Assembly: GCA_046328535.1 (NCBI GenBank)
Contig: JAXLWJ010000004.1
Span: 87,800 to 151,799, forward strand
Source of the DNA: Anaerolineae bacterium
GTDB lineage: Bacteria > Chloroflexota > Anaerolineae > Epilineales > JAHCIE01
Length of the DNA stretch: 64,000 nucleotides
Direction: 5' to 3'
A model generated the notes under the pieces. It had not been told where the DNA came from. It ran no database searches and was given only the letters and a program-made list of their open reading frames with translations. Numbering within the stretch: the stretch's first letter is position 1; each line of letters begins with the position of its first letter. The position numbers and the translations under genes are program-made. Shown here one piece after another: positions 48,901 through 58,957 of this stretch.

Positions 48901-51900
48901 AGGAAGGGTGGTGGGGATGGAGGAGGGCGCTGTGACCCCAGAAGGGCCCCAACCCTCTCCCACGGGGAGAGGGGGCCAGAAATGGAGCCTGTCCCCACCG
49001 GCAACGCCGCCTCGGGAACATGGGGCGCGCGCCCGAAGCTCGGCTCGCTGGCCTTCGCCGTGGTCGCCGTCGAGGGCAGGACCAGCAGGTCCGACGAGAG
49101 ATCGCAGTTGAGGTCCGCGCCCGCAGCGAACGGCGCGGAGGCCACGCGGCCGACACTGGTGAGGGTGGCGGCGATGTCGGGGGTGGCCGGCAGGCTGGCC
49201 GCGCCGTGGATGACGTAGGCCGTGTTCGCCGACGTACCGAGGACAATGTCGTTGTAGCCGTCGGCGTTGACGTCGCCGGCGGCGGCGATGACGCCAGAGG
49301 GCGGCGGCGTGTAGCCGCTGAACGTGACGCTGGGCGCCCACGCGCCGCTGGCGCGGCCGAGGACCAGGCGCGGGGACGCGCCGCTGCTATAGATGAAGTC
49401 GGCCAGGCCGTCGCGGTTCACGTCGCCGAGCGGCACAACCTGCGCGCCCAGCGGCGCATCGCCAGGCAGGGCCGCCACAGCGCGGCTGCGGTCGAGGGTC
49501 TGGGGTGCGCCGCCGAGGCGCGGCGTCTGGAACGTCGGCGAGCCGAGGAACAGGTAAACGGCCGCCCCGCCGCCCAGGCTGTTGTTCGGGTCGGCGACGG
49601 CGAAGTCGGCCAGCTGGTCGCCGTTGACGTCGCCAACGCCGCTGAAGCCTGCGCCAGCGAGGTTGATGGGCAGCCGCGCCGAGGCATCCGCCGTGACATC
49701 GCGCACCCCACCCGGCCAGCGGCGGCGGCCCTGGATGAGATAGAGGTGGCCCTGGTGGGCCGCGTTGTCTGCGCCGATGAGCAGGTCCCCCACGCCGTCG
49801 CCGTTGACGTCGCCCGCCGCCGCCACGAACGCGCCGAGGCTGTCGCCGCCGATGCCCGTGGTGAACACAACGCCGCGGCTCGATTGAGTGGGCTGTCGGA
49901 GCTGCGCCACGTCCCAATCCTGGCCGAGCGGCCCCGTCTGCCCAAAGACAACGTACACCACGCCGTTGACCCCATCGCCGATGAGGATGTCGGCCAGGCC
50001 GTCGCCGTTGACATCGCCGGCCGGGGCGAGGGTCTGGCCGAAGCCGGTTGTCTGGCTCGCCACGAGGCTGCTCTCGGCGGCGGACAACGCCGCCATCGCC
50101 GGGGGAACCGGCCAGCCGCCCGGCCGCCCGTTGAGGATCACGACGCGCCCGGTCCCGTTGCGCGCGGCGGGCAGGCCGACGGCGGCGTCGGCGAGGCCGT
50201 CGCCGTTGACGTCGCCCAGCCAGACCACCGTCGCGCCGGCCAGGTCGCCCTCGGCGTCCGGCGCGAGTTGGACCGTGGCGCTCAGGACGGCGTCCACCGT
50301 GCCTTCCAGGGGCGCGGGGCGCGCGGGCAGCGGAACGTAGCCGGTGTCGTCGGCGTGACCGAGGAGGGCGATGGGCTGGCCGGTCTGGACATCGGTCACG
50401 CTGTTGGCGATGTTGACGGCGGGCGGCACAAGGTCAACGATGACGCTGCGCGTTTGCGCCTGGCCCACCTGCCCCAGGCCGTCTACGGCGCGCACGGCCA
50501 GGCTGTGCCGGCCGCTGGCTTTGGCGTCGAGCTTCCACGTCCACGACCAGTTCACGGTCTGCGGGTACGGCGCGCGCTTTTCGAGAACGGTCTGCCACGG
50601 GCGGCCGTCAATGGTCAACTCCACCGCCTGAACGCCGGCCACCGCCGACGCGCCGGACAGCAGGTCGGTCGCGCTCCCCTGGAGGCTCACGCTCGCCCCG
50701 CCGAGGCTGTCCTTGACCAGGCCGTTGATGACCTGGCCGTCCGTCAGGCCGCTGAAACTCGCGCCCGGCGCGGTGTTGTCAACGATGACGGCGGCCGTGG
50801 CGTCGGCGGACTCGTTGCCGACAGCGTCGAGGGCGTGGGCGCGCAGGGTGTACGCGCCGTCCTTCGGCAGAGGCGACCACGTCCAGGCCCAGCTTTCGGC
50901 GCCGTCGGCGGTTTGCCAGGGCGCGACGCCGTCCACGCTCACCTGCACCTGCGATATCCAGGTGATGTCGTCCCTGGCCCCGCCCCCGACGACGTATGAA
51001 GTCCCCTTGATGGCGGTGTTGGCAATCGGCGCAGCGATGGTGATTGTTGGCGCGACAGCGTCTATGACGACCGGCAGGGTCCGGCTGATGGCTTTGGTAG
51101 AGCCGTCGGTGGGATCGGTGTAGGGCATGGTGAGGCTGAGTGCGCTCGGCCGCGAGCCGCCGCCGAGCGCCGCCGCCTGCCACGTGACGGTCATCGCCTC
51201 GCCCGAGTAGAGCGGCTTCTGGCTCAAGTCCCACACGCTACACGTCTGCCCGCCGACCGTCCCCGCCGTCGGCGTCGGCGGCGTGTAGCCGGCGCTGGGC
51301 TGCGTGGCCGTCAGCGTCGGCGCGGCGAAGTCCGCGTTGGGCAGGCACAGTTGGAGCGGCTTGTCCAGGGCGCCGGCCGTCTGGTCGGCCAGTTGGAACT
51401 GGGCGGTGAGCGCCTGGCCCGGCTTGAGCAGCGTGAGGGTCGCGCCGGCGTGCTGAGTCGTCGGCTGCTGGATGGCGGCGCGCAGGCGCGGCGCGGTGTT
51501 CGCGCCGAAGGGACTCAGGCCGAAGGCGCGCTCCTGGCTGTCTTGCAGCTCGTCGGAGTCGGCGTCGGGGTCCAGCGGGTTCGAGCAGATGCGATATCCC
51601 TGGCCCTGCCGCTTGCCGGGTGGGCTGACGAACCACCCGCCGACGAGGCGCGGCGTTGGCCCGCTCGTATCCACGTGGCAGACCTCCTCGCCGTCGAGCA
51701 GGCCGTCCTTGTCGCTGTCGGCGACGGCGACCGACGTGCCGAGAATGATCTCCTCGCGGTCCGTCAGCCCGTCGCCGTCGGTGTCGGCCTTCGTGGGGTC
51801 CGTCCCCAGCGCGGCGCGGTTCTGCACCTCCCAGCCGTCGCTCAGGCCGTCGCCGTCCGTGTCCCACTTCGTCGGGTCGAGGCCGAGCGCCGCCTCCTGG

Positions 51901-54900
51901 GCGTCGGGAATGCCGTCGCCGTCCTTGTCCGGGTTGGTGATCTGGTCCCAGTTCCACAGCCCATCCACCGTATTGGGCAACACGTCGAGGGTGAGCGGCT
52001 GCGTCGCCTGCGCCCAGGCGTCGGCGTCGTCGGACTTGGGGCTAGAGTCGACCGTCGAGTCGGCGCTGCACACGCGCACCAGGACGGCCCACCAGCACTT
52101 CTGGTAGCGCAGCGAGAAGTTGACAAAGCTCGTGACGTGGATGGCCGTGTTGCGGGCCGCCTGGGCCGGCGTGAAGCGGGCCGTGACCGCGCTGCCGCAC
52201 TTCTTCGACGTGCCGTCCATCACGCAGGCGCCCTGGCCGTAGGTCGCCTGGGCGTCGCCTGACGCCCACTCGGCGTAGGCATAGCTCTGGGCCACGTCGT
52301 CGGCGCTGCCGGCGCGCGAGTACACCCAGTTCCACTCGTCGTCGCCCGGCCCGACCTCGACCGTCGTCGTCAGCGATGCCCCGAAGGTGACAGAGTTGCT
52401 GACAACGGTCCCCTGGTTCTGGTCGCCCAGCGTCAGCGTCAGCGGCCCACTCTGGACGGCGTTGCTGCTCGGCAGCTGGGAGTAGAAGGCGAACTGCACC
52501 AGGAAGTCGGCCAGCCACGACCCCAGGTAGTTGTAGGTGTGCAGCGGGTTCCAGTCGCCGGTAATCAGGGCAACGATGAGGTAGAGCAGCACGGCCAAAA
52601 TGACCTCGACCAGCAGGCCGACGCCTGTGTCGGCCACGGCAATCAGCACGAGCGCCAGGACAAGCTGCAACACCGCGATAATCGTGGCGGCGATGTCATT
52701 GGACAGCTCGACGTCCGTCTGCATGTGGGACACGTCGTCGCTGTAGCCGTGGAAACTCGTCCAGATTGTGACAAGCTCGACGACGGTGGCGAGGACGGCG
52801 ATGGCGACGGCGATGCGGCCCAGCGCCTTGGCGCTCGACGCCACGGCCTCGGCGGCTTCCTCACCGGCCCCGGTCGTCTCGGCGGCGACCTCGGCCGCCT
52901 CGGTGAGATTGCTGGCGGCGGCGCGCGCGGCCCAGCGGATGCCTTGCGGGATGAAGCGCAGGTAGGGCAGCGCCATGGTCGCCACGCCGCCGAAGGCGTG
53001 GACAATGGGAACTGCGCCCGCGCTCAAAGCGGGCGACTGGCCCCACGTCGTCGCTTCCCACTGCTGGAAGCCCGCCGTCGCGCCCTGCTGGTCCACGTCG
53101 GCGGCCAGTTCGTCCAGGGCGTAGGCGGCGGCGAGATAGCCGGGCAGCGTCGTCTGCTGCGGGCGGTTCAACTGAGTAAAGATGGCGGTGTCGTCGGCCT
53201 GGGGCTGGAGGAGGGGCTTGCCGTTCACGGCGACGATCTTCACCAGGCCAGCGTACCACGTTAGGAACAGGGCCTTGATGTAGCGTTCGGCGTCCTTCGC
53301 AGCGTCGAAGCTCCCATAGCGGCGGTCCAGCTCGGCCAGCGCCCCGTTCATGGTCAGCGCGCGCCAGGCGGGGCCGCCCGCGCCGGCCTGGCCCTGGTGA
53401 TACATCTGCACCCCCACCTGGCGTACCGTCGCCAGGGCGTTGTAGCTCAACGCCATGTCCAGGCCCAGGCTGTCGCCGCTGTCGGTGATCGTCACGCCGC
53501 CGGCCGGCCCGGCCTCCATGCTGAGGCTGCCGGCCGTCTCTTGGTAGGCGACGACCAGGGTCGGGGTGAGGGTCGCGCCGTAGTTCGCGCTCAGGAAGCT
53601 CTGCGTCGTGGTCATGGTCGTCGCGGCCAGCGCCTCATCGCGGTGGGCATAGGTGTTGTAGGCGACCTTGACGGGCGCGGCGACGCCCCACGTCTCGGTG
53701 ACCGGCGTTGTCGAGGCGGTGAACCGCCCGACGACCGCCGACAGGTCGGGCTGGAGCGCAGCCAGGTAGGACATGCCCAGGCCCGACACAAGGTTGAAGA
53801 CCTCCCGCGCCTCGTCCGGCGCGCTCGCGCTGATCTCGGGCGCGCTCGGCACGCCGAACAGCGCCACCTGGACGTTAGCGCTCTCGCCGACGGTCATGCC
53901 GGTGACGCGGAAGCTCGGCTCGACGTAGGACACGACGATGGACTGCGTCGTGTCCACGCCCCACGTCGCGCACGTCGTGCCACTGTAGGCGACACACTTC
54001 TGTTGGTCGAGCTTCGCCTGCGTCAGCCAGCCCAGGCGCATGTCGGAGAGTTGCAGCGGCGTCGCGCTCTCGGCCGGGGTGAAGGCGAGGCGCGCCTCGA
54101 ACGCGCTGACTGCGCCGTTGCTCTCCACGGTGGACAGCGGCACGAGGTAGCGGAAGGAGCCGTCCGCGTTGGCTTTGGCCGTCACGCCGTACTGGGCCGC
54201 CAGGCTCAGGCTCGTCGTGCTGCTCAGGTCGAGCACCGGGATGAGCTTGATATCATCGATGGAGTTGTCCAGGTCCTGGATCTGCGCCTGGTTGTCGTAG
54301 GGCCAGTCGAGGTACGTCGTGGTGTAGCGCAGGTGGGACACGTCTTGCGGCTGTACCTGCACGTCCAGGTAGACGTAGGTGTCATTGTGAGCCGCGTCGC
54401 CGGGTTTAGAGATGCTGATCCCATAAGCCGGGCGGTAGGGGAGCGCCTTGTACGGCGACAGGTCGGGGCCGTCCGGCACGCCGTCATTGTCGTTGTCCTC
54501 GTCCCAGGCGTTCGGGATGCCGTCGCCGTCAGAGTCGAGGCCCGCCGGGTCAGCGGCGAGCCACTTCGCGTTCCACTCCTGACCGTCGTCAATGCCGTCG
54601 TGGTTGGAGTCGCGCTGGAGCGGGTCCGTGGTCCAGGTCTGCGTCACGCCGTTGGCGGTGATCGGGAAGCCTTGCAGCTCCAGGGTGTCAGTGATGCCGT
54701 CGCCGTCGGTGTCGGCCAGGCGGTAGTCGGTACCGAGGCAGCGCTCGGTCTTGTTGCTCAGCCCGTCGCCATCGTCGTCGCCATTGGGGTCAACGCCGTC
54801 AGGCAGGCTGCCGCAGTCGGCGACCGCGTCCGTTAGGGTTGGCGTGTTGGCGCTGGCGGGCGCGGGGCGCGGGGCGGCGAACTCGGCGGCCAGGGCGGCG

Positions 54901-56066
54901 ACGCGATCCGGCTCGCGCGGCGAATCGGTCAAGCCCAGGGCTGATAGCGCAGACGGGAGTGTCTCGCGCGATTCGCTACGCTCCCGGAAACGGACGATCT
55001 GGCTCGCCTGCGCCAGCGGTGTTCCGATCATGGAGGCGATGACTGTGACGACGACGACCGCGTAGAGGGCGTGACGACGGCGGCGGAAGGCCCACACCAC
55101 CAGGACCGACGCAAGGGCGGCCGCGCCAGCGGCGAGGGTCGCCGCATCAAAGGGGACCGGAATCGCGGGCAGCCCGACGCGGCCCCCCCCATTGGCCGAC
55201 GGCGCCGCCCGCCCGGCGACAGCCACCCCGGCCGGGGCGTCAATCGGCGCGACCGCCGCGCCAAAGTCGCGGTAGTCTACCTGGGCCTGCACGCGGGCGT
55301 CGTTCGTGGCGCTGATTTGCGGCAGGGTCAGGTCAACGACGACGCGGCGCGGCAGGCCGTCGCCGTCTATCCAGACCTCGCCCGCGCCGCTCATCTTCTG
55401 GTAGACGGCGGGCGCCTGGACTTCGACGCCGGGCGGCAGCTCGCGCTGGGCGAGGGTCTGGAGGCGCTCGCGCTGGATCTCGGCGTAGCGCGCCCCGTCG
55501 AGGGTGAAACGGTAGTGGCTGAACCCGGCCGGGGCCGCCATTGCTTCCACGTCCCGCGCCACGCTCAACAGGCTCAGGGCGTCGGCGGCCGGCGCGGCCG
55601 CGCCCAGCGGGTTTTGAACGACGCGCCACTGGCCCGCGTGGCCGACATACGCCGCGTCGCCGACCATCACCAGTTGCACCACCCCCGCGCCCTGGCCGGA
55701 CCACGCCGCCCCGGCCGCGCCCGCCTCTGGCGTTAGACGGCCGACGGCGAGCGTCAGCCGCGCCCGGTCCGGCAGGGCGGCCTCGCCCTCGATGCGCAGG
55801 CGGGCGTGGCTGTCGCCGCGCCCCACGTTGGCAGGGAGGGCGCGCGGCGTGAGGGTCTGCTGCACGTCGGAGGTCAGCCGATACGTGCCGGCCTCCTGGG
55901 CGCGCTGCCAGGCGCGCGCGACGGCGGCCGATGGCTCGGAGGGGTGCGGCAGCCCGAGCGCCAGGTTCACGGTGGGCCGCACAAGGGCCGCGAGGGCAAG
56001 GGTGACGAGAATGAGGGCGGGCAGCAGCGTGGTGAGGCAGCGGATTATGCGAGGCTGGTTGCGCAT
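42963..56066 (-). pseudogene. Giant modular surface protein, paralog 3: two frameshifts, a copy-specific extra propeller insertion, and truncation at the C-module boundary next to the IS630 element (possibly functional as a truncated variant if the frameshifts are assembly errors)
   Basis: Three ORF pieces in different frames (47829-56066, 43421-49246, 42963-43424) together reproduce the copy-1 domain order. The frame switches lie at about 48800-48990 (G/C-tract hairpin cluster) and about 43425-43480. It ends ...HYGPWYVGAGN* where copy 1 continues into the C-terminal module. SD-like GGAG lies 9 nt upstream of ATG 56064-56066. Only 18 bp separate it from the upstream stand-alone module gene. 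Confidence 0.55.
48811..48980. repeat. Intragenic G/C-tract hairpin cluster (cctcccccctttgggggagg; ccctctcccacggggagaggg; ccccacaagtgggg) at the copy-3 frameshift
   Basis: Three perfect hairpins built from G- and C-homopolymer runs lie within a linker that is short and hairpin-free in copies 1 and 2. All three minus frames are open here. Confidence 0.4.
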
Positions 56067-56084
56067 CGTCAGGAACTCCTGGCT

Positions 56085-58238
56085 CTACTGCGGACCGCGA
56101 TGCGGATCGGCGCGCTGCGCGGCAAAGGGCAGGTACAGGCGATAGGGAGGCGCGGGCGGCGCGCCACCGTGCTGCACCCGCAGCGGCGGCTTCAGGCTCT
56201 CCGCGTTGCCCGCCCTGTCTACGGCGCGGCTCCGCAGCGCCAGCTCGCCGGCGGGGGCCGGCAGGCTCGCGGCCCACAGCGTCGCTTCCCCTTTCTCAGC
56301 GATCGCGCCGGCGCATAGAACACGGGCCAGGAAGGCTGCCGCCTCGGGGCCAGTCAGCGCCGCCGTCCACGTCTGCCCGCCGTCCACGCTTGCCTGGACG
56401 CCCGCCAGCGACCAGCCGTCCCGCGCCGTCCCCCACATCAGGATGTGGCCCGCCGGCAGCGTCAGGCACGCCTCCGGAACGACGCCGCCCGCGCTGGGAT
56501 AGGCGATGGTAGAGGTGGGGCGGACGGTATCCACAGTGAACGCGGTCCACGCGCTGGCGGGGCCGACGTTGCCGGCGGCGTCCGTGGCGCGCGTCCGCAC
56601 GCGGTGCGGCACGCCCTCCTCGGTCGGGACGCGCCACGCATAGCGCCACAGCCGCGCGCCCAACGGCGGTAGCGGCGGGATCGCTGGCAGGAAGAGGTAT
56701 GGTGGCGGGGCAAGCTGCCAGGGGCCATCGTCCACCTGCGCCTCGACGCGCGCGATGCTGCCGAGCGCGGGGAAGGGATCCACTACTGTCCCCGACACGA
56801 TAAGCGTCGAGTCCTTGACGACATTGCGGCTGAGGCTGATACTAGCAATGGGTGGGACGTTATCCACGAGCACGGCCGCTGACACCGGCGCGCTCGTCTG
56901 GCCGAAGATGTCATGCCCACGCGCCTGCACGACGAAGCTGCCGCCCGACGGCGCATCAATGCCGATGCTCCACCCAAGGCGCGTGAAGATGCCGCCGACG
57001 CTGGTTGGCGGCTGCCGCCACGGCCCGTCCCCCACCCGCACCTCGACGAAGCCGATGCCGGAGCCGTCGCTCGCCGTCCCTGACACGGTCGCCGGGCCGC
57101 TGCGCATCGTCGCGCCGGCCGGCAGGGCGATCTTCACGACCGGCGGCGCATTGTCCACCGTCAGACTCGCCTGCGACTGCGCGAGGGTCACAGGGCCGCT
57201 GGGCGCGTTCGCCTTCACCTGCGCCGTGACCGTCACCGCGTCTATGGCGGCGACAGAGGCGGCGACGCGCGCGGTGACGGTGATGGGCGAGCGGGCGCCG
57301 GGCGCGAGATCGCCAAGCGGGATCGTCCAGCGTCCTGCCGCCGCCGGCCCCGCCGCGCCCTGGATCGCCTCGAGGGTCAGGCCGGGGCTGGCGCCGACGT
57401 CCAGCGTCACGTCTGTCACCGGGACGCGGTCCAGGTTGCGTATGGTCAGCAGCCACAGCGACGCGCCGCCAGGGCCGACGACGCGGGCCGCGCCGCGCGG
57501 GGTGGCGACGTTGAGGCTGACGTGATTGCCCGTGGGCTGGCCGGCGTTGGGGACCGTCGTCGGCGCGAGGTTCGTCCAGTGGTAGGCGCTCGCCCACGGG
57601 CCGAGCACCGACTGGTTGGTGGGGAAGACGCTGATGATGCGGCCGTGGTCGTCGTCGAAGGCCAGCAGGCGCAGGTCAACCGCGCCAACGCTCGCTCCCA
57701 GGTCGGCCCACGGCAGCCGGAGTTCGGTGTCGCCGTTCGGCCCGTTCACACCGTCTACCGCGCCACCATCGCGCCACGCCGCGCCATCCCAGCGCATCGC
57801 GCGGGCGCGGGGGCCAGTCAGGTAGACAAGGTAGCCGGCGGGGAAGGGCAGCGACTTGCCCTTGACCGCCGCCGCGCCGTCGGGGCCGCTCCAGGGCGTC
57901 GTCGTGCCGCCGGGGCTTACGCCGATATAGATGTAGCCGGCGCCGTTGACACCCCAGTTCGCGCCGCGCCAGCCCAGGTAGAGGTTGGCGGCGTCGAAGC
58001 TGGCCCACAGACTCTGGGAGGTGGTCGGGCGGGGGTCTACGTCGAGCCGCTCGCTCGCCAACCGCCACTCGCCGCGCTCGACATCCAGCTTGCCGTCTAC
58101 GATGATGGACGACTGCCAGCCGTCGGCCGTCGTCCAGGCGGGGCGGGCCGCCTGCGCACCCTGGGCGCGGCCCAACGACAGCAGCGCGGTGAGCAGCAGG
58201 GCGACAACCAGGCGCAGGCGAACGGTTCGACTCGTCAT
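56085..58238 (-). CDS. Secreted stand-alone homolog of the giant-protein C-terminal module (CBM9/DOMON-like plus Ig-like domains), 717 aa with its own signal peptide
   Basis: True start is ATG at 58236-58238 (MTSRTVRLRLVVALLLTALLSLGRAQGAQA, an AxA-type signal), with AGGGAG 4 nt upstream. The ORF-track 78-aa extension to 58472 is Arg-rich noise. The mature N-terminus AARPAWTTADGWQSSIIVDG aligns with the exact junction ...GGGAAKDADGAWQSSIQVNG in copy 1. The C-terminus aligns with the copy-1 C-terminus. Confidence 0.8.
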   Translation of the reverse strand: MTSRTVRLRLVVALLLTALLSLGRAQGAQAARPAWTTADGWQSSIIVDGKLDVERGEWRLASERLDVDPRPTTSQSLWASFDAANLYLGWRGANWGVNGAGYIYIGVSPGGTTTPWSGPDGAAAVKGKSLPFPAGYLVYLTGPRARAMRWDGAAWRDGGAVDGVNGPNGDTELRLPWADLGASVGAVDLRLLAFDDDHGRIISVFPTNQSVLGPWASAYHWTNLAPTTVPNAGQPTGNHVSLNVATPRGAARVVGPGGASLWLLTIRNLDRVPVTDVTLDVGASPGLTLEAIQGAAGPAAAGRWTIPLGDLAPGARSPITVTARVAASVAAIDAVTVTAQVKANAPSGPVTLAQSQASLTVDNAPPVVKIALPAGATMRSGPATVSGTASDGSGIGFVEVRVGDGPWRQPPTSVGGIFTRLGWSIGIDAPSGGSFVVQARGHDIFGQTSAPVSAAVLVDNVPPIASISLSRNVVKDSTLIVSGTVVDPFPALGSIARVEAQVDDGPWQLAPPPYLFLPAIPPLPPLGARLWRYAWRVPTEEGVPHRVRTRATDAAGNVGPASAWTAFTVDTVRPTSTIAYPSAGGVVPEACLTLPAGHILMWGTARDGWSLAGVQASVDGGQTWTAALTGPEAAAFLARVLCAGAIAEKGEATLWAASLPAPAGELALRSRAVDRAGNAESLKPPLRVQHGGAPPAPPYRLYLPFAAQRADPHRGPQ

Positions 58239-58321
58239 CAACTCCCTATCCTCACGGCCCACCGGCCGCCTGGCCCGCGCCCGGTGAGCCAGGCGGCGCT
58301 GGAATGGCAGGGCAACGGCGC

Positions 58322-58534
58322 TTACTCCGTCCCGGAGGCGGCATCGAGGGGGACGCCGAGCCGCTCCGCGAGGTAGGCAAACATGGCCTCGACGCTGGCA
58401 AAGCGCAGGGTATCCCCCGTTTGGACGCAGTGAGCCGAGGCGCGCCACGGCCCCCCGGCGCCGTCCTGCCACAGCCTCACGAGAAATGAGTGGTAGCGTG
58501 CGGGTGACTGAAGATGGTCAGACGGTGCAGGCAT
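58322..58534 (-). CDS. Small hypothetical protein (~70 aa) in the leader between the conserved promoter motif and the stand-alone module gene
   Basis: ORF encoding ...SPARYHSFLVRLWQDGAGGPWRASAHCVQTGDTLRFASVEAMFAYLAERLG..., with non-random, protein-like composition. Alternative start is ATG 58589-58591. It may instead be an untranslated leader. Confidence 0.3.
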   Translation of the reverse strand: MPAPSDHLQSPARYHSFLVRLWQDGAGGPWRASAHCVQTGDTLRFASVEAMFAYLAERLGVPLDAASGTE

Positions 58535-58579
58535 TCGTGGTCCGCTTCTGGGAAGGCTGGAGACTGGCGTCGCCGCTTT

Positions 58580-58637
58580 CCTAGCATACACACTGCGCGT
58601 GACAACTCCGTTTCAAGGCGGCGCATCAAGCGTGACA
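58580..58637 (-). promoter_or_regulatory. Conserved ~57-bp upstream motif (stand-alone/leader instance), paired with 25469-25525
   Basis: In gene orientation it aligns with the copy-1 instance: CTGTCACGC-N-TTGAAACGG-N-TTGTCACGCG followed by TATGCT (versus TATACT in copy 1). It lies immediately upstream of the small ORF and about 340 bp upstream of the stand-alone gene start. Confidence 0.45.
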
Positions 58638-58738
58638 GCGCCCCCGGCGGCGTTCAATAGCGAGCCGTCTTTGACCCAGCCGACGCCGTATCTATAATTT
58701 GCACACCATTCGCCCAAGGAATTCTCGGCGGTCTATGT

Positions 58739-58895
58739 TTGCACTTTGTGTCTGGTGGGGAGGCTTGGAGGGCGCAGCCCTCCAAACTAGCCCCTTCCCT
58801 TTCTGCAGTGGGGACTGCGCCCCTGAGCGAGGCGGGGGAGAGCGGGTTCGTGGGGGCCTGCGGCCCCTACACCCCCGCTGCACAGCAAAGTGCAA
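58739..58895. repeat. MITE-like 157-bp element bounded by 10-bp inverted repeats (ttgcactttg ... caaagtgcaa), carrying G/C-tract hairpins (ggagggc-gca-gccctcc; gggggcc-tgc-ggcccc)
   Basis: Read directly. Lies in the divergent region between the SARP regulator gene and the minus-strand leader. A partial extra copy of the IR (tttgcacacc) is at 58698-58707. Hairpin style resembles the cluster at 48811-48980. Confidence 0.35.
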
Positions 58896-58957
58896 GGATA
58901 GAGCTCGGATATCCGTTGGCCGAGTTGTGACGTTGCCCCCGCCATTGGGCATGAACT

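Noticed and set aside
58239-58472. 78-aa N-terminal extension of the stand-alone module ORF (MAGRRRGAVARLGSLRPNGG...)
   Set aside because: It is Arg-rich and precedes a perfect signal peptide at M79, which has an AGGGAG SD. The real start is taken as 58238.
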